From positions 9,843 to 73,842 of the forward strand of contig CAWJLQ010000006.1 of NCBI GenBank assembly GCA_963843705.1: a stretch of DNA of 64,000 nt. The letters run 5' to 3'. The position numbers were made by a program, and so were the translations under genes. The notes under the pieces are model-generated. The model worked only from the letters and a program-made list of their open reading frames with translations. It made no database searches and was not told the origin of the DNA. Every line of letters starts with the position of its first letter. Position 1 is the first letter of the stretch. The DNA comes from an uncultured Actinomycetes bacterium (GTDB lineage Bacteria > Actinomycetota > Thermoleophilia > Gaiellales > JAICJC01). Below, piece after piece: positions 8,557-18,300 of the stretch.

Positions 8557-8817
8557 CTACGTCCGGGCGACGTCGGGCACGAAGCGGTCGACCTCGACGA
8601 TCTCGTCGACGGGGACGTTCGCCCGCCTGGCGGCGGCGACGATCTCGTCCGGCGAGGGCGCCTCGTACAGGCAGTACGAGCGGCGGCGGTCGGCGGACAG
8701 GAAGGAGAACAGCCAGCGCACGCCCTCGTCGGCGTTCACGTCCTCGATCAGGCGCACGTCGTCGTCGGTCAGCTCGAGCTGGTCCGCGAAGCTGCGTTCG
8801 ATCAGGTACAGGGGCAT
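8557..8817 (-). CDS. DUF4242 domain protein
   Basis: 86 aa: MPLYLIERSFAD...GVRWLFSFLSADRRRSYCLYEAPSPDEIVAAARRANVPVDEIVEV matches the DUF4242 pattern. Confidence 0.85.
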   Translation of the reverse strand: MPLYLIERSFADQLELTDDDVRLIEDVNADEGVRWLFSFLSADRRRSYCLYEAPSPDEIVAAARRANVPVDEIVEVDRFVPDVART

Positions 8818-8826
8818 GGGTGGATG

Positions 8827-11823
8827 CTACTCGCGGCCCGGGGCGTGTGCGAGCCCGCGCCGGAAGGCGTAGGCCGCCGCCTCCGTGCGGTTCGCGCTGC
8901 CGGTCTTGCGCAGGATGCTGCGCACGTGGTTCGCCGCCGTGTGCTCGCTGACGACGAGCTCGGTGCCGATCTCGCGGTTCGAGAGACCGCGGGCGATCAG
9001 GCGCAGGATCTGCAGCTCGCGCGGCGAGAGCCCGTCGGGCGCCTGCGGCCGGATCGCCTGGCCGGTCTGTGACCTGATCCGGCCGAGCAGCACCGGCATG
9101 CCGATCCGGGTGGCCAGGACGCCGGCCTCCTCGAGCAGCTGCGATCCCCGCCGCCGATCCTCGGCCGGGCCCGCGGCGAGCAGCCGTCCGAGGTGGTACT
9201 GCGTATGGGCGAGCCACGTCCAGGCGCCCATGCGGTGGTCGCTTGCGAGCGCCGTCTCGAGGTGGCGCGCGGCCAGCTCACGCTCGCCGGACACCGCCGC
9301 GACGATGCCGAGGTACCGGTCGGCGGAGCCGTAGCACGCCACGCCGTGGCCGATGGTCACGATGCTGCCCGCGTGGGGGGCGAGGCGCGGGTAGAGCTCC
9401 GCCGCGAGCGCCTCGTCGCCGACGATCCCGCACGCGTCCGCCAGGTAGGTGAGCGCCCCGAGCCAGAGCCCCGCGCGCAGCTCGTCGATCCCGCGGCTGC
9501 GCACGCGCTCGAGCTCGCGCCGCGCCTCCTCCACCATGCCCAGCTCGGCCAGCATCGCCGCCAGGCCGGGGCCCCAGGAGCCGCCCTGATCGCCCTTCGC
9601 CGCCAGCACGCGCAGCACCGGCGCGAGCTCGACCAGGCGGCCCTGCTCGCGCCGGATCCCGAACATCTGCACGCCGTACGTGCCGGTCGGGTCGCGGCCC
9701 GTCATGACGTTCGCCCAGCCGGCGGATCGCTCGGCGGCCGCGTCGGCCTCGGCCAGGCGTCCGTCGCAGAGCGCGATCGCCGAGAGGTAGTGCTCGGCCA
9801 CGTGGATGATGAACGGCTGACCGACGCGACTGGCCATCTCGTGGACGTCCGCCAGCTCCGTCCGCGCTGCCTCCAGGTTCCCGAGCGCGACCAGCGCCGA
9901 GATCCGCCACTCCGTCGCCTCCGCCTGGAGCTCGACGTCGCCGAGCTCGGCGGCCAGGTCGCGTGCCTCCGTCAGCATGTCCACGATGTCCTCGAGCGGC
10001 GTCCGGCCCTTCGCCCAGTACGCCCGCATGAGCACCGTGGCCAGCGCCCGCCGGTCGTCCAGGCGGCGGGCCATGTCGACCGCCGCGAGCCGCATGGCGG
10101 CGCTGCGGTCGTGGTGGCCGGCGAACGCGCACGCCCGTGCCAGCCCGCTCAGCACGCTGACGCGGAGGTCGCTGTCGCGCGGGTCGAGGACCTCATCGGC
10201 CTCGTCCAGCAGGGTGAGTGCGCCGGCGTCGACCGCGGACATGCGCCAGCACGCGTTCTCGTATCCGACGCCCGCGCGGGCGAAGAGCTCCGCGTCGCCG
10301 AGGTCGCGGGCGATGTCCGCCGCCGCCCGGAACGCCGTGAGCGCCTCGGAGCCGCGGCCCGCGCGGTAGCAGGCCATCCCCAGCTCGACCTCGATCTCGG
10401 CCCGGCGGGCGGGATCCGTCACGCCCAGGCCGAGGGCGGCGCGCAGCGATGCCGCGGCCTCGTCGAACGCGAGCGCCCGCGTCGCCGCGTGCGCGGCGCG
10501 CAGGTTGTACTCGATCGCCCGGTCGCCGACGCCGAGCGGGGCGGCCGCGGTGAAGTGGTGGGCGAGGTCGGCGAGCGTCCGCGCCGACGGCCGCGGCGAG
10601 ACGGCCTCGATCGCCTCGCCCGCGCACAGGTGCAGCTCGGCGCGGCGGGCCGCCGACAGGTGGTCATAGAGCGCGCGGCGGACGAGCTCGTGGGCGAAGC
10701 GGAACTCGAGCGGGCGCTCGGGAACGGCCACCACCATCCCGCCGCGCACAGCGCGGTCGATGCTCGCGAGCAGCTCCGGCTCGTCGATCTGCAGCCCGCG
10801 CGCGAGCACCGCGAGGTCGAACTCCGAGCCGAGCACCGCCGCCAGCTCGAGCACGCTCGTCGTCGCGGCGCCGAGTCGCGCCAGGCGCTGGGTGACAACC
10901 TCGCGGACGGCTTCCGGGCTGCCCAGCTCCGCCGGCGCGCGCAGGAGGCGGGCATGGCCGCCGGCCACCACGAGCGCGCCGCATTCGACCAGCTCGCGCC
11001 ACAGCTCGATGACGAGGAACGCGTTGCCCTCCGTGAGGTCGTGGATCGCCCTGGCCACGCCCGGCAGGTCGGGGCCGAGGTCGCCGCCGGCGGCCCGCTC
11101 GACGAGCTCGGCGATCTCCGCGCTCGACAGGCCTGTCAACCGCAGCGGCACGACCCCCTCGCTGCGGCGCAGGTCGACGAGGGCGGCCGAGAGCTCGGCC
11201 GGCATGTCGGGCTCGAGGTCGCGGAACGTGGCGACGAGCAGCATGCGTGCATCCGCGGCCGCGCGGGAGAGGTGGCGCAGGAGGAGCAGGGTCGGCGTGT
11301 CGGCCCAGTGGACGTCCTCGAGGATCACGAGCAGCGGCCGCCGCCGCGAGACGTTGACGAAGAGCGCGGCCACGGCCTGGTGGAGGCGATGCCGCTCCGT
11401 GTCCTGGTCGGCGGACACCGGATCGGGAAGTGGGCCGGCGCGCGCGGCCAGGTCGGGGATCAGGCGCTGGAGCTCGCCCCCGCCCGCGCCCAGATCCTGC
11501 CGCAGCGCGTCCGGGTCGCTGAGCCGCGTGAGGTGGTCGAGCGCTTCGGAGATGGGCTGGTAGGGGATGCGCACGACGGAGTCGCACGCGCCGTAGAGCA
11601 CGACTCCGTCCTCGGCCGCCACCTGGTGGGCCAGCTCCCGGACGAGCCGGCTCTTGCCCGAGCCGGCCTCGCCGCCGACGAGCGCCATGCGCCGCCCCTC
11701 GCCGCCCGCTCTGGGCATCAGCGATCCGAGCAGCGCGAGCTCGCGCGGCCGGCCGACGAAGGGGAATGACGGCGTCAGGCGGAGCGGGCCGGGAAGCGTG
11801 GTGGCGGAGCCGAGCATCGCCAT
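8827..11823 (-). CDS. Large ATP-binding LuxR-family regulator (LAL/MalT-like)
   Basis: Walker A is GGEAGSGKSRL, followed by a long helical repeat region. The C-terminal LuxR HTH is LSPRELQILRLIARGLSNREIGTELVVSEHTAANHVRSILRK. Confidence 0.92.
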   Translation of the reverse strand: MAMLGSATTLPGPLRLTPSFPFVGRPRELALLGSLMPRAGGEGRRMALVGGEAGSGKSRLVRELAHQVAAEDGVVLYGACDSVVRIPYQPISEALDHLTRLSDPDALRQDLGAGGGELQRLIPDLAARAGPLPDPVSADQDTERHRLHQAVAALFVNVSRRRPLLVILEDVHWADTPTLLLLRHLSRAAADARMLLVATFRDLEPDMPAELSAALVDLRRSEGVVPLRLTGLSSAEIAELVERAAGGDLGPDLPGVARAIHDLTEGNAFLVIELWRELVECGALVVAGGHARLLRAPAELGSPEAVREVVTQRLARLGAATTSVLELAAVLGSEFDLAVLARGLQIDEPELLASIDRAVRGGMVVAVPERPLEFRFAHELVRRALYDHLSAARRAELHLCAGEAIEAVSPRPSARTLADLAHHFTAAAPLGVGDRAIEYNLRAAHAATRALAFDEAAASLRAALGLGVTDPARRAEIEVELGMACYRAGRGSEALTAFRAAADIARDLGDAELFARAGVGYENACWRMSAVDAGALTLLDEADEVLDPRDSDLRVSVLSGLARACAFAGHHDRSAAMRLAAVDMARRLDDRRALATVLMRAYWAKGRTPLEDIVDMLTEARDLAAELGDVELQAEATEWRISALVALGNLEAARTELADVHEMASRVGQPFIIHVAEHYLSAIALCDGRLAEADAAAERSAGWANVMTGRDPTGTYGVQMFGIRREQGRLVELAPVLRVLAAKGDQGGSWGPGLAAMLAELGMVEEARRELERVRSRGIDELRAGLWLGALTYLADACGIVGDEALAAELYPRLAPHAGSIVTIGHGVACYGSADRYLGIVAAVSGERELAARHLETALASDHRMGAWTWLAHTQYHLGRLLAAGPAEDRRRGSQLLEEAGVLATRIGMPVLLGRIRSQTGQAIRPQAPDGLSPRELQILRLIARGLSNREIGTELVVSEHTAANHVRSILRKTGSANRTEAAAYAFRRGLAHAPGRE

Positions 11824-11948
11824 AGTCAGAATTGATCATGCCACCATGCGCGGCCCCGCGCGAAGTTTGGGTCAATCCCGGTCATGCGCGCCGTGCCGGC
11901 CGGCCGTAGCGTGCCGTTCCGAGGGGACACCCACCCAAAGGAGCATCT

Positions 11949-13340
11949 GTGGCAACCACAGCATCACTTGCAGATCTGGCGGAGCGCGAGCTGGCGGGAT
12001 TCGCCGGCGAGCTGATCGGCCCGGGCGACGGCGGATTCGACGCCGCCCGTGCCGTGCACAACGCGATGATCGACCGGCGCCCGGCGCTGATCGCGCGGTG
12101 CGCCACTCCGGACGACGTGGCCGCCGCGGTCGGCTTCGCCGTCCGCCACGACGCACTGCTGGCCGTCCGCGGCGGCGGCCACAACGGCGGCGGCCTCGGC
12201 GTCGCCGACGACGCGGTCGTCGTCGACCTCGGGCTCATGCGCGAGGTGACGGTCGACGCCGACGCCCGCAGCGTCCGGGTCGAGGGCGGAGCGACCTGGC
12301 GCGAGGTCGACGCCGCCACCCACCAGGTGGGGATGGCGACGCCCAGCGGCATCATCGGCACCACCGGCGTCGGCGGCCTCACGCTCGGCGGCGGCATCGG
12401 CTACCTGGCCCGCAAGCACGGACTCTCCATCGACAACCTGATCGGCGCGGAGATGGTGCTCGCCGACGGCTCGCGCGCCCGCGCGAGCGCCAACGAGAAC
12501 CCCGACCTGTTCTGGGCGATCCGCGGGGGCGGCGGCAACTTCGGCGTCGTCACGGCGTTCACGTTCCGGCTGCACCCGGTCGGCATCGTGAATGCGGGGC
12601 CGACGTTCTGGCCGATCGAGCAGTCCGGCGAGGTGCTGCGGGCATACCGCGAGTTCCTGCCCGCGGCCGATCGCGACACGAACGGGTTCTTCCTGTTCGG
12701 GTTCGTCCCGCCGGCCCCGCCCTTCCCGGAGGCGCTGCACGGGCGCCAGGTGTGCGGCATCGTGTGGTGCCACCTGGGGTCGGAGGAGGCGGCGGAGCAG
12801 GCGATGGCGCCGATGGTCGGCGTCGGGACGCCGCTCATGCACGGCGTGCACCAGGCGCCGTTCCCGGGCCTGCAGGGCGCGTTCGACGGCCTCTACCCGG
12901 CGGGGCTGCAGTGGTACTGGCGGGCCGACTTCGTCCGCGAGCTCACCGACGCGGCGGTCGACACGCACGTCGAGTGGGGCGCGAAGACGCCCACCGGCCA
13001 CTCGACCATGCACATGTACCCGATCGACGGGGCGGTGCGGGACGTCGCGCAGGACGCGACGCCGTTCAGCTACCGCGACGCGACGTGGGCCGAGGTCATC
13101 GTCGGCGTCGATCCCGACCCCGCCAACGCGGGCGTCATCACCGACTGGACGAAGGCGTACTGGGACGCCACGCACCCGTACTCGGCCGGCGGCGCCTACG
13201 TCAACTTCATGATGGACGAGGGCCAGGAGCGCGTCCGCGCCACCTACCAGGGCAACTACGACCGGCTGGCCGGGATCAAGGCTGCCTACGACCCGAAGAA
13301 CACCTTCCGGGTGAACCAGAACATCCGGCCGGCGTCGTAG
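11949..13340 (+). CDS. FAD-linked oxidase, berberine-bridge-enzyme-like (FAD_binding_4 + BBE)
   Basis: Motifs are AVRGGGHNGGG, GGGGNFGVVTAFTF and a C-terminal YVNFM...YQGNYDRLAGIKAAYDPKNTFRVNQNI. Confidence 0.92.
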   Translation: MATTASLADLAERELAGFAGELIGPGDGGFDAARAVHNAMIDRRPALIARCATPDDVAAAVGFAVRHDALLAVRGGGHNGGGLGVADDAVVVDLGLMREVTVDADARSVRVEGGATWREVDAATHQVGMATPSGIIGTTGVGGLTLGGGIGYLARKHGLSIDNLIGAEMVLADGSRARASANENPDLFWAIRGGGGNFGVVTAFTFRLHPVGIVNAGPTFWPIEQSGEVLRAYREFLPAADRDTNGFFLFGFVPPAPPFPEALHGRQVCGIVWCHLGSEEAAEQAMAPMVGVGTPLMHGVHQAPFPGLQGAFDGLYPAGLQWYWRADFVRELTDAAVDTHVEWGAKTPTGHSTMHMYPIDGAVRDVAQDATPFSYRDATWAEVIVGVDPDPANAGVITDWTKAYWDATHPYSAGGAYVNFMMDEGQERVRATYQGNYDRLAGIKAAYDPKNTFRVNQNIRPAS

Positions 13341-13356
13341 CGCTTCCGGGCTCGAC

Positions 13357-13392
13357 GGTGCCTGGCATCGGCCTTCGCCGGTGCCAGGCACC
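13357..13392. terminator. Strong hairpin terminator between convergent genes
   Basis: GGTGCCTGGCA (13357-13367) pairs with TGCCAGGCACC (13382-13392). The stem continues inward to a CTTC tetraloop, giving about 16 bp. Confidence 0.65.
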
Positions 13393-13402
13393 TCCTGCTT
13401 GG

Positions 13403-13894
13403 CTAAGGCGGACGGGTCAGCCAGCGGCGCTGTGAGTGCCAGCGTTGGATGGTGCGTCGGCTGGGAGGGGTGGCGGGCGCGTCGGCGTAGCGGGCGTGGA
13501 CCTCGGGGGCGATGGCGGAGGGTATGGCGCCGGCTGCGTATCGCTCCTCGAGGCGGCGGCGCAGGGCGGGCCAGGAGTAGCTGCCGGGGCGGGGTCGCGT
13601 CGGCGGCGGGCCGGTGAGGCGCTCGAGGTGGGCGTCGAGGGCCCGGCTTCTGGCCAGGGTGAGGCAGTCGTTGGCTTGCCAGACGCCCATCAGGGTGCGG
13701 ACGAAGTCACGACCGCTGCGACGTGTCTGGAACTCGGCGCTCGCGTGTGCTTCGCAGAGGTGGACCGACACGCGGTGGGTGAGGCGGAGCCTCTGCGTCT
13801 TTCCGCGGGTGCGGTCGACGCAGATCGCGCAGACGGGTTGTTTGGTGGGCACGCCGCGGGCTTTGTAGAGGGTGGGGAGCGGCGTCCAGGCCAT
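13403..13894 (-). CDS. Hypothetical protein with Cys/His cluster
   Basis: Starts at ATG 13894: MAWTPLPTLYKARGVPTKQPVCAICVDRTRGKTQRLRLTHRVSVHLCEAH... (CxxC...CxxH). I recognise no family. The upstream part of the ORF is junk. Confidence 0.45.
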   Translation of the reverse strand: MAWTPLPTLYKARGVPTKQPVCAICVDRTRGKTQRLRLTHRVSVHLCEAHASAEFQTRRSGRDFVRTLMGVWQANDCLTLARSRALDAHLERLTGPPPTRPRPGSYSWPALRRRLEERYAAGAIPSAIAPEVHARYADAPATPPSRRTIQRWHSQRRWLTRPP

Positions 13895-13973
13895 GAGTCC
13901 GAGTCTGCGCCATGTCCCTGTCGCGTGTCTGTCGCTAGTGGTGACATGAGCGCGCCGAAACTGCAAATGCCGC

Positions 13974-14261
13974 GTGGACGACGTGACAAATGGCGTGTCC
14001 CCCGGGGCGGGGGCCCCATCCCGGTTCGTGCTCGTCCCCGCGCCGCCGGGCCATCTCGTCGGCGAGGCTCCGGTGCGCGAGAGCATCGCCGCCATGGGCG
14101 CGGAGCTCGACGATCCCGAGTCATTCCTCGACCAGGCCGGGGCCGTCGCCGAAACGCTTCGCGGCCGGGAGAAGGTCCTGCCGATCAACCACCGGCTGGC
14201 GCGGCGCCTGATCGCAGCCCACCGGGAGTGGATCGCCGAGCTCGTGCGCAAGGTGCAGTAG
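13974..14261 (+). CDS. Hypothetical protein (95 aa)
   Basis: Composition is ordinary (…ESIAAMGAELDDPESFLDQAGAVAETLRGREKVLPINHRLARRLIAAHREWIAELVRKVQ). It ends 23 nt before the next gene. Confidence 0.4.
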   Translation: MDDVTNGVSPGAGAPSRFVLVPAPPGHLVGEAPVRESIAAMGAELDDPESFLDQAGAVAETLRGREKVLPINHRLARRLIAAHREWIAELVRKVQ

Positions 14262-14284
14262 GCGGCCGACGCCAGAATCCGCGC

Positions 14285-14850
14285 ATGCGGGTCGGCATCG
14301 CGGATCATCTCGGGTGGGCCGTCATCGTCGCGGCATCTGAGGAGCAGCACCAGGTGGTCGACCGGCGTCGGATCGCGCTGGTAGAGCCCGGGCTCTCGCC
14401 GGCACCGATCCACCACGAGTCGCGGCGGCTCGACCTCGCCGCCACCGAGGCGCTGGTTGCGAGCGTGCGTACCTCGATCGCTCGCACCGCGGCCGCCGCG
14501 CTTGACGATCTCGCGGCCGTGCTGCCCGCCCCGATCCGCTTGATCTCGCTGCGGGCGTGGCCGCTCGACCTGCCGGCCGACATCGCCGTCCAGCGGCGTC
14601 CGCCGTATGAGGCCAGGGCCGACGCCGTCATGTACCGCCAGGAGTCGGCCGAGCTCGCCGACGCGCGCAGCTGGGACGTCCAGTCTACGACGCGAAGACG
14701 GTGGTGGGCCAGGCGGCCGGTCTGCTGGGAGCTCGGGCGGACCAGATCCCCCACGGGCCTCGCGCGTGGCTAGGGGCGCCGCGGACGCTAGGGGCGCCGC
14801 GGACGCGGGATCACCGGCAGGCGCTCGCCGTGGCGATCCTGGCCGGTTAG
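14285..14850 (+). pseudogene. Conserved-hypothetical gene interrupted by a -1 frameshift near 14684 and carrying an 18-bp tandem duplication
   Basis: The frame from ATG 14285 (MRVGIADHLGWAVIVAASEE...ADAVMYRQESAELADARSWDVQ) degenerates into Arg/Trp junk. The +1 frame from 14686 reads [54 protein letters not shown] and stops at TAG 14848-14850. Confidence 0.55.
14771..14806. repeat. Perfect 18-bp tandem duplication (TAGGGGCGCCGCGGACGC x2)
   Basis: Read directly: 14771-14788 is identical to 14789-14806. In the restored frame this duplicates LGAPRT. Confidence 0.95.
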
Positions 14851-14884
14851 GCTCCGCCCCTCACCGGGAAAGGACGCGGGAGCG

Positions 14885-15859
<975 letters not shown>

Positions 15860-15877
15860 GACGCTGCGGCCACGCCG

Positions 15878-15901
15878 CCGGCCGGGCGGGTGCCCGGCCG
15901 G
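15878..15901. terminator. Hairpin terminator between convergent genes
   Basis: CCGGCCGGGC (15878-15887) and GCCCGGCCGG (15892-15901) form a perfect 10-bp stem with loop GGGT. Confidence 0.55.
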
Positions 15902-15913
15902 GGCGGACCGCCG

Positions 15914-16423
15914 TTACGACGGTGGCGCTGCGGCGCAGGTCGCGACCGCGGTGATCGATTCGAGATGGTTGTCGTGGGCGCGGACGATCGTCCAGCTGCG
16001 GTTGCCGGACGGATACGAGCCCGCCACCTCGCCGCCGATGTTGCCGCCGCCGAGGACGATGTCGCCCTTCGGGCAGGTCACGGTGACCATGTGTCCGGTG
16101 CCCGTCTTCTTGACCTGGGCGTAGCCGGCGACGGCGCCGGCCACGCCGCCGGCCCCGCCGTTGATGCGCCGCGTCAGACACGTGAGCTTCGTGTCATGGC
16201 GCGCGTCCTCCCACACAAACGCCGTGCGCAGGTTCTTCCACGTCGGCGCGATCGGCTGGTCGATCTCGTGGTGGAGGAACTTGCATGTCCTCGGGTTGAT
16301 CGACAGGTACCCCTCCGGGAATTGCCCCCGGGTGCTGTGCTCGACCGCGGCCCATGCGGCCGCCGGAATGATCAGTCCGGCCAGGGCCGCAGCGAGCACG
16401 ATGAATCGTGTCCTTCTCGTCAT
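15914..16423 (-). CDS. Secreted hypothetical protein (169 aa)
   Basis: ATG 16423 is preceded by GGAGGGGAG. It has a signal peptide (MTRRTRFIVLAAALAGLIIPAAAWA) and a Cys-containing mature domain. I recognise no family. Confidence 0.7.
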   Translation of the reverse strand: MTRRTRFIVLAAALAGLIIPAAAWAAVEHSTRGQFPEGYLSINPRTCKFLHHEIDQPIAPTWKNLRTAFVWEDARHDTKLTCLTRRINGGAGGVAGAVAGYAQVKKTGTGHMVTVTCPKGDIVLGGGNIGGEVAGSYPSGNRSWTIVRAHDNHLESITAVATCAAAPPS

Positions 16424-16515
16424 CTCCCCTCCTTGGGTTGCGCCACAGGCCTCCGTCCCCGGGCCCGCAAGGCGGTATGGGTGACCCAACGCCCCTGCCG
16501 AGACCGTACCAGTTA

Positions 16516-17331
16516 TCAGCCGCCGGCGACGTCCCGGCGCAGGAAGATCAGGTAGGCGCCGACCCCCATCGGGACGGCGTAGGCCGCGCACACCCACGCC
16601 GCCCGGCCGATCGGGAGCCAGTCGGTCGGCACCTGAAAGAAGCCCTGCCACGCCTGGAACTGGGTCGTCAGCAGGTACGGCTCGGCGCCGCCGAGGCCGG
16701 GCAGGATCCCGATCAGCTGCATCAGCAGCGCCGCCATGAGCGTCCCGACGACCGCCGCCGCGCTGTTTCGGGTCACGGCGGAGAGGAAGAGGCCGATGCA
16801 CACGATCGCCAGCGTCGGCATCAGGTAGACGGCGAAGCTCGCCAGCACGAGCAGCAGCCCGTGGCTCGCCGAGACCCGGGTGCCGGACAGGCTGACGATG
16901 CCGTTGAAGCCGGACTTGGCCGTCCCCGCCGCGAGCGCGACGGCCCCCATCATCACGAGCGCGAGCAGCGCGTAGGTCGCGGCCGCGAGCAGCTTGCCGG
17001 CGAAGATCTGGCCACGGTCGAGCGACCGGGTGAAGATCGTCTTGAGCGTGCCGTTGTGGTGCTCGGAGGCGATGATGTCGCCGGCGACGAGCGCGGTGAC
17101 GAGTGGGAAGAGCCACACCGACCCGAACAGGAGCAGCACGAGCGGGATCGCCAGCCCCGACTCGCGCACGTACTTCCCGAAGGCGACGTCGTTGGGCGAG
17201 CCGCTCTGGAGGGAGAGCGCCGTGACGAAGATGATCGGCACGGCCACCGCCGCGCCCAGGCCGAGATAGGTGCGCTTCTGCGAGACGAGCTTGCGCAGCT
17301 CCCACCGGTACGCCGTCAGGAAGGTCGGCAT
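16516..17331 (-). CDS. ABC-2 type transporter permease
   Basis: Six hydrophobic segments. The N-terminus is MPTFLTAYRWELRKLVSQKRTYLGLGAAV. There is an ATGA overlap with the upstream ATPase stop. Confidence 0.85.
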   Translation of the reverse strand: MPTFLTAYRWELRKLVSQKRTYLGLGAAVAVPIIFVTALSLQSGSPNDVAFGKYVRESGLAIPLVLLLFGSVWLFPLVTALVAGDIIASEHHNGTLKTIFTRSLDRGQIFAGKLLAAATYALLALVMMGAVALAAGTAKSGFNGIVSLSGTRVSASHGLLLVLASFAVYLMPTLAIVCIGLFLSAVTRNSAAAVVGTLMAALLMQLIGILPGLGGAEPYLLTTQFQAWQGFFQVPTDWLPIGRAAWVCAAYAVPMGVGAYLIFLRRDVAGG

Positions 17332-18299
17332 CAGCCCACCGCCTCCAGCGCCGGCTCTGGTGCCGGCGCGGCCGCCCCGTCGGACTCGGTCAGCTCGAAG
17401 AAGACCTCCTCGAGCGTCGCCTGCTGCGGCACGAGCGCGCGCACGCCGACGCCGGCCCGTCCGAGCGCGATCGTGAAGGCCTCGACGACCCGCTCGTCGG
17501 CGCTGAAGCGGAGCGCGCCGTCCTCGACGCGGACGTCGGTCAGGGCGAACCCTGCGGCGACCCGCCTGGCCTCCTCCACGTCCGACGCGCGCAGCCGGTA
17601 CCACGTCCCGAGCGAGTGCTTCAGGTCGGCCACGGCGCCCTCGTACAGGATCCGGCCGCGGTTGATGATGGCGACGCGGTTGCACAGCTCCTCGACGTCG
17701 GTCATCTGGTGGCTCGAGAGCATCACCGTGATCCCCTCCGCCGAGAGCCGGCGCACGAGCGTCTTCATGTCGCGCATGCCCGCGGGGTCGAGCCCCGTCG
17801 TCGGCTCGTCGAGCAGGAGCAGCTGCGGCCGCCGCAGGAGCGCGGCCGCGATCCCCAGCCGCTGCTTCATGCCGTGCGAGTAGGTACCGACGCGGTCGCC
17901 GCCGCGGTCGGCCAGGTCGACCGTCGCCAGCATCTCGCCGATCAGCGATCGCGCGTCGCCGCCGTCGTAGGCCGCGCACAGCTCGAGGTTCTTGCGGCCG
18001 GACAGGTATGGGTAGAACTGCGGCGCCTCCACGAAGCCGGCGACGCCCTCGAGCGCGCGGCGGCCGTGCAGCACGGGATCGCGCCCGAACAGGTGCGCCG
18101 TGCCCTCACCCGGCCGGATCAGGCCGAGCAGCATGCGCAGGGACGTCGTCTTGCCGGCGCCGTTCGGACCCAGGTAGCCGTACACGTCCCCGTGCTCCAC
18201 CGTCAGGTCGACGCGGTCGACGGCAACCAGGTCGCCGTAGCGTTTGACGAGCCCGCGCGCCTCCACCGGGCGCGCGGGGGAAGAATGCTCGCCGCTCAC
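17331..18299 (-). CDS. ABC transporter ATP-binding protein
   Basis: Walker A GPNGAGKTT, signature YSHGMKQRL, Walker B LLLLDEPTTGLD. Confidence 0.95.
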   Translation of the reverse strand: MSGEHSSPARPVEARGLVKRYGDLVAVDRVDLTVEHGDVYGYLGPNGAGKTTSLRMLLGLIRPGEGTAHLFGRDPVLHGRRALEGVAGFVEAPQFYPYLSGRKNLELCAAYDGGDARSLIGEMLATVDLADRGGDRVGTYSHGMKQRLGIAAALLRRPQLLLLDEPTTGLDPAGMRDMKTLVRRLSAEGITVMLSSHQMTDVEELCNRVAIINRGRILYEGAVADLKHSLGTWYRLRASDVEEARRVAAGFALTDVRVEDGALRFSADERVVEAFTIALGRAGVGVRALVPQQATLEEVFFELTESDGAAAPAPEPALEAVG

Positions 18300-18300
18300 C

